A stretch of DNA of 64,000 nucleotides from Thermoplasmata archaeon (GTDB lineage: Archaea; Thermoplasmatota; Thermoplasmata; Thermoplasmatales; GCA-001856825): NCBI GenBank assembly GCA_021817415.1, contig JAKAUZ010000084.1, positions 17,221-81,220 of the forward strand, read 5' to 3'. Under the pieces are notes generated by a model, which was given only the letters and a program-made list of their open reading frames with translations, ran no database searches and had not been told where the DNA came from. Below, one piece after another: positions 7,699 through 16,568 of this stretch. The position numbers were made by a program, and so were the translations under genes. The stretch's first letter is position 1. Each line of letters starts with the position of its first letter.

Positions 7699-8659
7699 AG
7701 AGTTTAAAAGAGTTACTCATGCAGTTTCAATTTTAACAGGAGAGAGTCCGCCTGATAAAGAATACGTTATTGCTTATTGTCGTGAACAGGTTATAGGGGG
7801 CATATTTCCGAATCATGCTAAGAACATAGCTGTTTGCATTGAGTTGGGACTTATCGGTGAAAATGACAATCTCTTATTTTTAACTGAAAGTGGCACAGAG
7901 TTTCTTAGCCTGGGTAATCCTGACGAATATGAACTCAGTAACAGACAAAAAAAATTTCTTATTGACAAATGCTTCCTAACTGGTGCTGTTGCGGACAGAA
8001 CCAGACATATAATGCTCCAACTTTCTCCATCCTACACTGAGAACACATTCGTTTGGAACAAGTTAGATAGTACCCCTCTTGTTTGCGACCAAGAAGTCCT
8101 GGACATGCTTATCCAGTTGGGAATGTTGATGGAAGATGAAAATGGGCTTCATCTTGAAAGAGCTTATGTTAATGAGGTTAGAACGATAAGACAACAATCT
8201 CAACCCAAGACTTCAGAAGAACTCGCCAAGGAATTGGAAACCGACAAAAAAATAGGAGAAGCTGCAGAGTTGATTGCTCTCGAATTTGAGAAAAGGCGCC
8301 TTAGTGAGATTGGATGTGAATTCGAAGCAAGACTAGTCCAAAGGATAAGTGAACTAGATGTTGGAGCTGGTTTTGACATAATATCTTTTGACAAGCAGAG
8401 TACAAATCTTGTACCAGATCGATTTATAGAAGTTAAAGGATCTCGCGGTAATACCGTAAGATTCTACTGGACGAGGAACGAAATTGAAAAAGCGAAGGTA
8501 CTCCGTCAAAGATATTGGATATATTTTATAGGTGGTATAGAGGAGTATGACAAATCTCACTACAATGCTCCAATTCTCATACAGGATCCTTTTTTGAACA
8601 CGTTGACAAACGGCGACTACGATACTAAATGTGAAGTAATCTCTGTGTTAAAAAATTAA
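7682..8659 (+). CDS. DUF3883-domain protein (restriction-endonuclease-like fold) with an N-terminal wHTH-like region
   Basis: The C-terminal region reads AAELIALEFEKRRLSEIG...GAGFDIISFD...RFIEVKGSRG (IEVKG at 8426-8440)...FYWTRNEIEKAKVLRQRYWIYFI. This matches the DUF3883 pattern (GxDI-S ... IEVK ... NE...A ... Y-ly-V). It overlaps the SNF2 stop by 17 nt. Confidence 0.65.
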   Translation: MPPKIEEFKRVTHAVSILTGESPPDKEYVIAYCREQVIGGIFPNHAKNIAVCIELGLIGENDNLLFLTESGTEFLSLGNPDEYELSNRQKKFLIDKCFLTGAVADRTRHIMLQLSPSYTENTFVWNKLDSTPLVCDQEVLDMLIQLGMLMEDENGLHLERAYVNEVRTIRQQSQPKTSEELAKELETDKKIGEAAELIALEFEKRRLSEIGCEFEARLVQRISELDVGAGFDIISFDKQSTNLVPDRFIEVKGSRGNTVRFYWTRNEIEKAKVLRQRYWIYFIGGIEEYDKSHYNAPILIQDPFLNTLTNGDYDTKCEVISVLKN

Positions 8660-9462
8660 CCAATGTTCGACACAAGGTTTCCGTTCTAATATTGAACTAT
8701 ACGTAGCGCAATAATAATTATGAGAAATAGATCGTTTGTTTATATAGCTGCAATTCATCCCGTCTTTCAGATTCCATAGGGACTGAATTATAACAATGGA
8801 ATTTAACTCTGTACTTTAATTTATCATTTTGTACTTTTTTACACAATTAAAATACAAAGCCGCTCAAACATCAACTTCACATTATTTACGTAATATATCC
8901 AGTTCTATGGGGGTGCATTCCAATCTTCTGACGTATCCATTTCTGCAACGTCCGAATTCGTAAAGTATTACACCCTATCAAATGGAGAAATATGTAAGTA
9001 CATCAGGCTGATTGGATACTGATGGATGGCAGGAAGAAGAGGATTGTAAAGATAACGTCAACATTCGCGGCTTTGGAAGCTGTCTTCCTCCACTATGAGA
9101 TAAATGGCACTTGTCTTTATGGGTAGCTTGAGATTACTCTTCATTTATTTACTTGGGGGGCGATACCTATGCAGGGCGTTGTTTCCACAAGCTTGGTCTC
9201 TACTCTATCCCCTCATGAAGGACGTATCCTAGCTCTCCCCTAGGACCTCAGATTGATTGCATGAAAATACAACCTATTGTAGGAAAGCTCATCGACATTT
9301 TCCAAATAGTCCAGGAATTGCTCTATCTTCTTCTCAGCTTCATTGCCCAATTTTGAACTCTTTAGACTTTCTAGTTCAAGCTCGTAATACTTTTTAGTCC
9401 CTACCTTAAGATCTTCTTTCGCAACTAGTTATTGCATACACGGATCTGAACCATCTGGTGAA

Positions 9463-9564
9463 TCCCGGCTGCCGGATTTGAACCAGCGACCTGTGGATGG
9501 CGGCGGTCGCGCCGAAACGCTGTCCCTCTACAGTCCACCGCTCTACCAACTGAGCTAAGCCGGG
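9463..9564 (-). tRNA. tRNA-Tyr(GUA) with a 29-nt intron at the canonical 37/38 position
   Basis: Hand-folded cloverleaf. The acceptor stem is CCCGGCT/AGCCGGG (the C1:G72 pair typical of archaeal tRNA-Tyr). The D arm is GCTC-AGTTGGTA-GAGC. The anticodon stem is GTGGA/TCCAC with loop CT-GTA-G[intron 9527-9499]A. The T arm is GCTGG-TTCAAAT-CCGGC and the discriminator is A. CCA is not encoded. Confidence 0.85.
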
Positions 9565-9702
9565 TAATACTGTATTAGTATTCCTAAAAATATTTTTCCA
9601 TACGAGCCAAAATGCATTGACAGGATTGCGTAACTTTTAGAAAATTCAATTATGACAATATTAATGTACTCGTTGTTTATATGTTTATAAAGGTGACAAT
9701 AA

Positions 9703-10074
9703 ATGCCTATGCCATTCAGGAAAAGAACGATTATAAGGCCCGATAAACCACCAAAGGAACCAAGGAAATACATAGATTTGAATGATTATCAATTTGCAGA
9801 TGAGCCCGGACCCGGAACTGCAATTAAAATCGGAGAGATAGTAAAATTTGAAGATGTCCCACAATTTAGTGAAATTGTATATGACGGGGACGTTCTCATA
9901 TTAGATTACGGGTCAATACAATCAGATGAGCTGCTCCTCAAGAGAGTTGTTTCTGAGCTTAAGAGAGCAGCGAATGATAATGGAGGGGACGTAGTGGTAC
10001 TGGGCAATAAGTACGTGCTAGTGACTCCACGAGGAATGAAGATAGACAGGAACAAAATCAGGATCGAATCCTGA
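9703..10074 (+). CDS. sepF: cell division protein SepF (DUF552)
   Basis: 123 aa. The core reads IKIGEIVKFEDVPQFSEIVYDGDVLILDYGSIQSDELLLKRVVSELKRAANDNGGDVVVLGNKYVLVTPRGMKI, which matches the SepF/DUF552 layout. Confidence 0.65.
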   Translation: MPMPFRKRTIIRPDKPPKEPRKYIDLNDYQFADEPGPGTAIKIGEIVKFEDVPQFSEIVYDGDVLILDYGSIQSDELLLKRVVSELKRAANDNGGDVVVLGNKYVLVTPRGMKIDRNKIRIES

Positions 10075-10358
10075 ATATTTTTTTATTTTTAACAATTAAG
10101 AATAACAGAATTTCAACCTTTACGGCAGAAACCAATTGATGGAAATATATTTTTTATAAACAGTTCCGTATCTAACATGGATCTTATGGACCTGTAGCCC
10201 TGAATGGCTTGCATAGAAAGGTTCAGGCAAAAGGAGGACCGGAACATCTTCACATAAAGGTAGCATCAGAGAGTGTGGAGACCCTAGAGCTTCCAAACCT
10301 TTGGCCAAAGTGAGTATGTCAGGGTAAGTATTATTAGGAATATCAAAATCCGGGTTTC

Positions 10359-12446
10359 ATGGCTTTAAGTCTATTCGACTGGGAGATTTTTGTATTAATA
10401 TCAGCTCTCACAGGGTTGGTATATGCGGGCGTACAAAGCTATCTCCTTCTAAGAATTCCAGTCACTGAAAAAAAGCCCGAAGAAATTTCAAGAGCCATAA
10501 GAGAAGGATCAAATGCTTTCATGCGGAGACAGTATACCTCCATATTCACATTTGCTGCAGTTCTAGCAGTAATCATTTTTGTGGCATTTTATTTTTCGTC
10601 TGGGATATCAGAAGCATGGAAGCTGACTTTAGGATTCTTGGTAGGTGCGATTGGATCAGCAGTCGCAGGGCTCGTTGGAATGAATATTTCTGTTAGAACC
10701 AATGTCAGAACGGCAATTAGGGCCAAAGAAGGTTTAAATCCGGCCTTAAAGCTGGCATTTAGAGGAGGAACAGTTACAGGTTTGAGTGTAGCCTCTCTCG
10801 CCCTTCTTGGCCTAGTAGTCTTCTATATGTGGTTTCACAGTCCCCAGGCAATGGTGGGGTACATCTTTGGTGCATCTCTGGTAAGTCTATTCGCGAGGGT
10901 TGGCGGCGGGATATACACAAAAGGTGCAGATGTCGGTGCCGATTTGGTCGGGAAGGTAGAGGCAGGGATTCCGGAAGATGATCCCAGAAACCCAGCAGTA
11001 ATTGCAGATAATGTGGGTGACAATGTAGGGGACTGCGCTGGGATGGGAGCAGACCTGTTTGAAACATATGTTGTAACGGCTCTATCCGCAATGCTTCTGG
11101 CATCATTGATTATTGTAAACGGCTCAATTTACTGGGCTAAATTCAAGGGCAATGCAATCGTATTCCCCCTTGTCATTGGAGGAATAGCTATTCTGGCGAC
11201 AATAATTGGTTCTTTCTTTGTAAAGAAAAACAGTAATCAGAGAATTATGACCGCACTTTACAAAGGGCTCATCGCAACAGTCATCATTTCAGCTGTTGGT
11301 TTTTATGTCGCTGTTTATTACTTGATGGGTGGAAATTTAGCAATTTATGTAGATACCTTAGTAGGGATCATAATTATGCTGGTGATGGTGTACGTCACAG
11401 AGTACTACACTTCAGAAAGGTATTCTCCTGTTGCGAAGATAGCAAAAGCATCAAACACAGGGTCGGGAACAAACATAATCACCGGACTGGCTTATGGTCT
11501 GCAGGCCGTTTTTATTCCTGCTATTGTCATAGTTTCAGGGATCATCATTTCATTTGGCATCACTTATTTTTCATTGGGGGAAAATGCGCAACTGGGACTT
11601 TATGGAATAGCAGTTGCAGCAGCGAGCATGCTATCAGCTACCGGTATGATAATTTCCATCGATTCATATGGACCAATTACAGACAATGCGGGTGGCATCG
11701 CGGAAATGTCAGGATTTGACGAGAAAACAAGGAGGGAAGTTACAGACCCACTTGACGCAGTCGGCAACACAACAAAAGCAGTTACCAAAGGCTATGCGAT
11801 CGGGAGCGCAGCACTGGCGGCGCTGACTCTATTCGCAGCATTCAAAACACTTATTTCAGGAGTTTTCCCGACAATTCAGATCGATGATCCAATAGTGGTC
11901 TCAGGGCTGATTATAGGAGCCTCACTTCCATTCTTCTTCACCTCCTACTTGATGAACGCGGTAGGAAAGGCAGCATACTCAATAGTTGAAGAGGTCAGGA
12001 AGCAATTCAGGGAGAAGCCAGGTATATTATCGTGGACGGAAAAACCTGATTATGGCAAGGCAGTGGATATTGTGACACGGGAAGCACTGAGGCAGCTGAT
12101 GGTTCCAGCTCTGATCGCGGTTCTGACTCCTCTTGCAGTTGGATTTATTCTTGGTCCGGAAGCGTTAGGAGGGTTGCTGCTTGGAGTAATACTGTCTGGA
12201 TTCCCACTGGCTATCATGATGACCGTAGGAGGAGGAGCCTGGGACAATGCCAAGAAATACATAGAACAGGGAAACTATGGGGGAAAGGGTTCGGAGGCCC
12301 ATAAAGCTGCAGTAGTGGGAGACACGGTAGGAGATGCTACTAAAGATACCGCTGGACCTGCTATCAATCCACTAGTGAAAGTAGTGAATACAATTTCTAT
12401 CCTCTTTGTGACAATAATGCTTTACCACTACTTATTCCACATCTAA
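10359..12446 (+). CDS. hppA: membrane-bound proton/sodium-translocating pyrophosphatase
   Basis: 695 aa and polytopic. Signature motifs are GGGIYTKGADVGADLVGKVE, DNVGDNVGDCAGMGADLFE and GDTVGDATKDTAGPA. Confidence 0.95.
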   Translation: MALSLFDWEIFVLISALTGLVYAGVQSYLLLRIPVTEKKPEEISRAIREGSNAFMRRQYTSIFTFAAVLAVIIFVAFYFSSGISEAWKLTLGFLVGAIGSAVAGLVGMNISVRTNVRTAIRAKEGLNPALKLAFRGGTVTGLSVASLALLGLVVFYMWFHSPQAMVGYIFGASLVSLFARVGGGIYTKGADVGADLVGKVEAGIPEDDPRNPAVIADNVGDNVGDCAGMGADLFETYVVTALSAMLLASLIIVNGSIYWAKFKGNAIVFPLVIGGIAILATIIGSFFVKKNSNQRIMTALYKGLIATVIISAVGFYVAVYYLMGGNLAIYVDTLVGIIIMLVMVYVTEYYTSERYSPVAKIAKASNTGSGTNIITGLAYGLQAVFIPAIVIVSGIIISFGITYFSLGENAQLGLYGIAVAAASMLSATGMIISIDSYGPITDNAGGIAEMSGFDEKTRREVTDPLDAVGNTTKAVTKGYAIGSAALAALTLFAAFKTLISGVFPTIQIDDPIVVSGLIIGASLPFFFTSYLMNAVGKAAYSIVEEVRKQFREKPGILSWTEKPDYGKAVDIVTREALRQLMVPALIAVLTPLAVGFILGPEALGGLLLGVILSGFPLAIMMTVGGGAWDNAKKYIEQGNYGGKGSEAHKAAVVGDTVGDATKDTAGPAINPLVKVVNTISILFVTIMLYHYLFHI

Positions 12447-13513
12447 ACCTTATTTAATTCATTAATTATTCTTTTTAATTTCATACTTGTTTCTATGTCA
12501 TGCACCCTGACGATGTCTGCCCCACTGACAAAAGCCAGTGTATTGAAAATTAACGTGGATATCTCTCTTTCATCAACATTCTCGTTCATAATCCTTCCAA
12601 TGAATCCCTTCCTTGAAAGACCTATCATAAGTGGATATCCTATTTTGAATTCCTGCAGATTCTTTATTATGTCCAGATTATCCTCAACTCTCTTACCAAA
12701 CCCAATCCCCGGGTCCAAAATTATATTATCTTCAATTCCGATTCTTCGTGCTTTCAGTATCCGCTCGTAAAAGAAGTGCAGTATTTCCAAAATGACGTTT
12801 TCATATTCTGGGTTATCCTGCATCGTCTTGAAATCTCCCTTCTTGTGCATTATTACCAATGGGGCTCCATATCTCTTACACAAAATTCCAATTTCATCAT
12901 CCTCAAGACCTGTCACATCATTGATCATGTGGGCTCCAGTTTCAAGTGCCTGCCTGGCTACTTCCGATCTGTAGGTGTCGATCGACACCTTCAAACCCTT
13001 ATTCAGTGCCATTTCCAGTGGGTGCTTAAGCCTTCTCCACTCCTCATCGGGGTCAACTGGATCACTACCCGGTCTGGTACTTTCCCCTCCCAAATCAACT
13101 ATGTCAACGGCACTTCTTCTTACCAAATCAAAATATTCGTCTAGGCGAGACTCATCTAGCCTGCTGGGTGGATAAAAGGAATCAGGAGTCAGGTTCACTA
13201 TTGCCATCACCCTCTTTTCACCGAATCCAAGTACCTGTCCCCGGAGATCAATTGAGCCTCTATCCTGGTGCGTTTCTGAGAGGATCGGATGGTTCAGTCT
13301 GCTACGAATCTCCAATTCTTCTCTTTCTGCGAGCGGGTAAATCCTTGTCTTGCCGGCCTCATAGTTCAGTCTGTCCAGTCGGAATCTATTCGGGGTTATA
13401 AGAAAAGATTGATACCCTGCGAGGTTTCCCTCGGGAATATCGAACTGTCTTGCAATTGCCTTCCTCGAATGAATGATGTAATAATCGTCATTCCAGGATT
13501 GAAAATTGCGCAT
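12443..13513 (-). CDS. folP: dihydropteroate synthase-family protein with an N-terminal extension of about 95 aa
   Basis: Motifs are VMAIVNLTPDSFY, DIVDLGGESTRPG, SIDTYRSEVA and INDVTG. An N-terminal segment of about 95 aa, unknown to me, precedes the pterin-binding barrel. The convergent 4-nt overlap with hppA involves stop codons only. Confidence 0.8.
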   Translation of the reverse strand: MRNFQSWNDDYYIIHSRKAIARQFDIPEGNLAGYQSFLITPNRFRLDRLNYEAGKTRIYPLAEREELEIRSRLNHPILSETHQDRGSIDLRGQVLGFGEKRVMAIVNLTPDSFYPPSRLDESRLDEYFDLVRRSAVDIVDLGGESTRPGSDPVDPDEEWRRLKHPLEMALNKGLKVSIDTYRSEVARQALETGAHMINDVTGLEDDEIGILCKRYGAPLVIMHKKGDFKTMQDNPEYENVILEILHFFYERILKARRIGIEDNIILDPGIGFGKRVEDNLDIIKNLQEFKIGYPLMIGLSRKGFIGRIMNENVDEREISTLIFNTLAFVSGADIVRVHDIETSMKLKRIINELNKV

Positions 13514-13784
13514 GTGGTACCCCCTTGATCCTGAGGATGTTTGATGGAGATATGTACCCTATTTCCACTGCCTTGGAGACGGTCCTTTCACCAACCAGAT
13601 TTGCCACAGTACAGGTCGGGAACAGCTCAGCGAACTGTTCTTCTGTCACCAACATATCCTTGTAGAAACTTTCCTTGACTTTGATTGTGTATTTCCCGTC
13701 CTTGAATTCTTTTCCCATCAGGTCCTCATCGGCTGCTGCCAGAAGAGTGTCCTGAGGGGTCCTGTAAATCTTGACCCAGATCAT
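13488..13784 (-). CDS. DUF424-family small archaeal protein
   Basis: 98 aa. MIWVKIYRTPQDTLLAAADEDLMGKEFKDGKYTIKVKESFY fits my memory of the DUF424 pattern. The gene is packed between mcm (4-nt overlap) and folP. Confidence 0.55.
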   Translation of the reverse strand: MIWVKIYRTPQDTLLAAADEDLMGKEFKDGKYTIKVKESFYKDMLVTEEQFAELFPTCTVANLVGERTVSKAVEIGYISPSNILRIKGVPHAQFSILE

Positions 13785-15859
13785 GCATTCACCAGGTGAT
13801 ACGCATCATTCCTTGGTTCAGATAACTCCCCATGATTTCTGAGCTGTTTTATATTTTTTCTGACTTCATCCTCACTTATTCCAATCTTGGTTGCTCGCCT
13901 CACAATTTCCTGGAGGGGTGCTCCGGGACCTGTCTCGTTCTCTATCTCCCTGATTATTTCCCTAAGTTTGGGGAGAGCTTTCCTTTCCTTCGTGGAAATG
14001 CCTGAAATCAGGACGTCGATATCTGCCATTCCATTGACCATCGTTGTCTGGCTCAAGAAATATTCCATAAGATCAACTGCTCTTGTCACGTCATCATCGT
14101 CAATCCTGTCGCTAAGCCTGATTCTTGCAGAAGCTTCAGACAACCTGATCAGTGCCTCCAGTTGCCTGGGCGTGATGGCAATTGACTCCGCCTTGTTTCC
14201 AGTGGATGCTTTCCTCTTCTGTAGATAATATTCCTTTATTTTTTCCCTTGCTGATGGAGAAATGATAGGAAAACAGAACTTTCTCGCATAAACAATATAT
14301 TTCTTCATGATTTCCTGATCTATAGTGGCCCTGAAATCTGATTTTTGAACATTTATGCCGCTTGCCAGTTTTTCTCCATCTGAATGTACCCTGAGGATGT
14401 AGTCTGCCATGTCGCCATCACTTTTTCCAGGTCTGTCTACCAGGATGAAAATCAGATCGAACCTTGAAATCAAAGATGGTGGCATATCTGTCTGGGAGAC
14501 GAACGGGTCCTGTTCCTCATATCTTCCATATTTGGGGTTTGCGGCACCCAAAACTGCACATCTTGACATCAAAGTTGCGTTGATTCCGGCTTTCGCAATT
14601 GTAACTGATTGCTGCTCCATTGCTTCGTGCATTGCACTCCTATCGTCCTTATCCATCTTATCCAGTTCGTCCACTGCAGCCAGTCCGCCATCAGCAAGAA
14701 CCAAAGTACCAGCCTCGAGGGTCCACCTGCCTTCAGAGAATTCATCTTTCACTGCAGCTGCAGTCAATCCCGCTGCGGAACTTCCTTTTCCGGAGGTATA
14801 GATGGCCTTGGGCGAGACATTGACAGCATATCTCAACAGTTGACTCTTTGCAGTTCCAGGGTCACCGAAGAGCAGAACGTGTATTTCACCCCTTACTGCG
14901 CTGCCGTCCTCAAACCTCTTCCTTACCCCCCCGAATAGCTGGAGAACTATTGCTTCTTTGATCTTATCCATTCCAAATATTGTCGGGGCGATGCTCTTTA
15001 CAAGTTTGCTGTAAATCTCAGGACTGCTGGCCAGTTCCTTAATGAGCTGTTCGTCCTCCTCCGAAATCTCAACCTCTTCGTATTCTGTCGACTCTTTCTC
15101 CATGTAGAGTGCATTGAGATAAGTATCGAATTGTGTCGAAGGTACTGGTCCAATGCTTCTCTGTTTTCCTTTTAATATTCCAGTGACTGTTACCCTGTCT
15201 CCAGGGTAAAATTTACCACACAGATCATCCCAGAGGTGGATGTTCAACTTTGCTGGCTGGGAAGATCCCTTCATCAGTTCTGGTTTTTCCTGAATTTCTA
15301 TGCCCTGGGTGTCTACGAATAAACTCCTTTCCAGTTCGAATTTGAACTTGACCTTGCTCTCCTTTCCTTTTCCACATCTATTGCAGGAGATTGGTTCGTG
15401 CAGCCTGGAATCATCCTGCGGGTATAGTTCTACGGAATGGCAAAAGGAACATTCGAACGCTGCCATTGTTATTGTAGGAATGACCTCCGTTGCTCTCTTA
15501 ACAATCCCATCTACCTGGATGAATCTGTTGAGATCACTGCTCCGCAGTTCCCTGATGTTTTCTTTCAGGTCGGACAGTTTTGATGAAATGCGCAAGTTTA
15601 TTTTGTTCTCTTTGCTGACCTTGAATTCTTCAGGAAGGAACTCTTCATATAGTTCATTTTCCAGTAGATCCAGATATCTTTCCGGCTGGTCCAGGAAACT
15701 GAGAGCGAAGTCTCTGTTCACCTGATCAATTTCTTCATACTTGAAAATAAGGGAGCGATCCCTTGGATACTGGGAAATGAGCTTGGAGATGTCCAGTGCC
15801 TTATTTGTAAGTATAGTATTCCAAAGTCTTTTTATTTCATCCTCCCTGAATTCTCTCAT
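13781..15859 (-). CDS. mcm: minichromosome maintenance (MCM) replicative helicase
   Basis: 692 aa. The Zn finger is CSFCHS...CNRCGK. Walker A is LLFGDPGTAKSQLL, Walker B is LAAVDELDKM, and the arginine finger is SRFDLIF. A C-terminal wH region is present. Confidence 0.95.
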   Translation of the reverse strand: MREFREDEIKRLWNTILTNKALDISKLISQYPRDRSLIFKYEEIDQVNRDFALSFLDQPERYLDLLENELYEEFLPEEFKVSKENKINLRISSKLSDLKENIRELRSSDLNRFIQVDGIVKRATEVIPTITMAAFECSFCHSVELYPQDDSRLHEPISCNRCGKGKESKVKFKFELERSLFVDTQGIEIQEKPELMKGSSQPAKLNIHLWDDLCGKFYPGDRVTVTGILKGKQRSIGPVPSTQFDTYLNALYMEKESTEYEEVEISEEDEQLIKELASSPEIYSKLVKSIAPTIFGMDKIKEAIVLQLFGGVRKRFEDGSAVRGEIHVLLFGDPGTAKSQLLRYAVNVSPKAIYTSGKGSSAAGLTAAAVKDEFSEGRWTLEAGTLVLADGGLAAVDELDKMDKDDRSAMHEAMEQQSVTIAKAGINATLMSRCAVLGAANPKYGRYEEQDPFVSQTDMPPSLISRFDLIFILVDRPGKSDGDMADYILRVHSDGEKLASGINVQKSDFRATIDQEIMKKYIVYARKFCFPIISPSAREKIKEYYLQKRKASTGNKAESIAITPRQLEALIRLSEASARIRLSDRIDDDDVTRAVDLMEYFLSQTTMVNGMADIDVLISGISTKERKALPKLREIIREIENETGPGAPLQEIVRRATKIGISEDEVRKNIKQLRNHGELSEPRNDAYHLVNA

Positions 15860-15981
15860 TATCCATGGTATTAGGATGCTTATTTTATCTTTTTGAATTC
15901 TCCTGACGTTTAATTGTCAAGTGATTTATCAGGAGAGTACGGAATATTTATCTAATTGGGGTTAATTCATGGCGTAAAATC

Positions 15982-16054
15982 GCAGGTGTTGTGTAGCCTG
16001 GTAGCACAAAGGCCTTCCAAGCCTTTAGCCCGGGTTCAAATCCCGGCACCTGCA
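15982..16054 (+). tRNA. tRNA-Gly(UCC)
   Basis: Hand-folded, 73 nt. The acceptor stem is GCAGGTG/CACCTGC. The anticodon stem is AAGGC/GCCTT with loop CT-TCC-AA. The T arm is CCGGG-TTCAAAT-CCCGG. ORF-track ORF 15956-16327 reads through this tRNA and is not a real single CDS. Confidence 0.9.
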
Positions 16055-16084
16055 TCAAGGAACTTTGTTTCTGAAGTCAGGGAT

Positions 16085-16486
16085 ATGGATAAACAACTGA
16101 TAGATAAGCAGCTGAAGAGTGTATTTGTATCTGAAAACAAGGATGATGCCCTCCAGAGACTAAAGGAATTCAAATCTGAGTGTATAGAGAGCTATCCGAG
16201 GCAGACATACAGTCTTGAGAAGAAGGTGAACTACCTGCTCACCTACTTCCAATACCCTCATGCCATAAGGAGATCAATACACTCCAACAGCATCATTGAA
16301 AGAATGAACAAGGAAGTGAGAAGATGAACAAATGTGATAGATTCCCTTCCTACCGAGAATTCAGCACTTAAGATCGTTTATCTGAGGATGAATCGACTAA
16401 AAGAGAAGATATCTCACAGAGTCCCTAACGGATATTTCAAATGCAGGGATGACTTGAGAGAAACGTTCAGCGCGAGGTATCCGTGA
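16085..16486 (+). pseudogene. IS256/Mutator-family transposase, C-terminal fragment with an in-frame stop
   Basis: ...SYPRQTYSLEKKVNYLLTYFQYPHAIRRSIHSNSIIERMNKEVRR then TGA (16325-16327) then TNVIDSLPTENSALKIVYLRMNRLKEK... This matches the conserved C-terminal end of IS256-type transposases (..ERxNxExRRRxxVxxxFPxxxSxxRLxxL..). The catalytic N-terminal two thirds are absent. Confidence 0.7.
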
Positions 16487-16568
16487 TTTGCACAACCTTT
16501 GTGTCACATTCCTCGTTTTTTAAAGGTAATAAAATAAGTTTTAAATATATTTTAAAAATGAAGTAAAT

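Noticed and set aside
9240-9425. Minus-strand frame of about 60 codons directly downstream of tRNA-Tyr (LVAKEDLKVGTKKYYELELESLKSSKLGNEAEKKIEQFLDYLENVDELSYNRLYFHAINLRS), considered as a split integrase fragment of the SSV type
   Set aside because: A TAA lies immediately upstream in frame and there is no start codon. The frame does not extend into the tRNA, and I see no integrase motif. It is treated only as possible gene debris within the island-boundary finding.
10120-10308. 62-aa minus-strand ORF in the sepF-hppA intergenic region
   Set aside because: It is short, has no motif, and sits where the hppA promoter is expected. It is probably non-coding.
15300-15725. 141-aa plus-strand ORF
   Set aside because: It is antisense to mcm.
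15956-16327. 123-aa ORF called as a single protein
   Set aside because: Its first 33 codons read straight through tRNA-Gly (15982-16054). Only the part from 16085 onward is meaningful, as an IS256 transposase pseudogene fragment.
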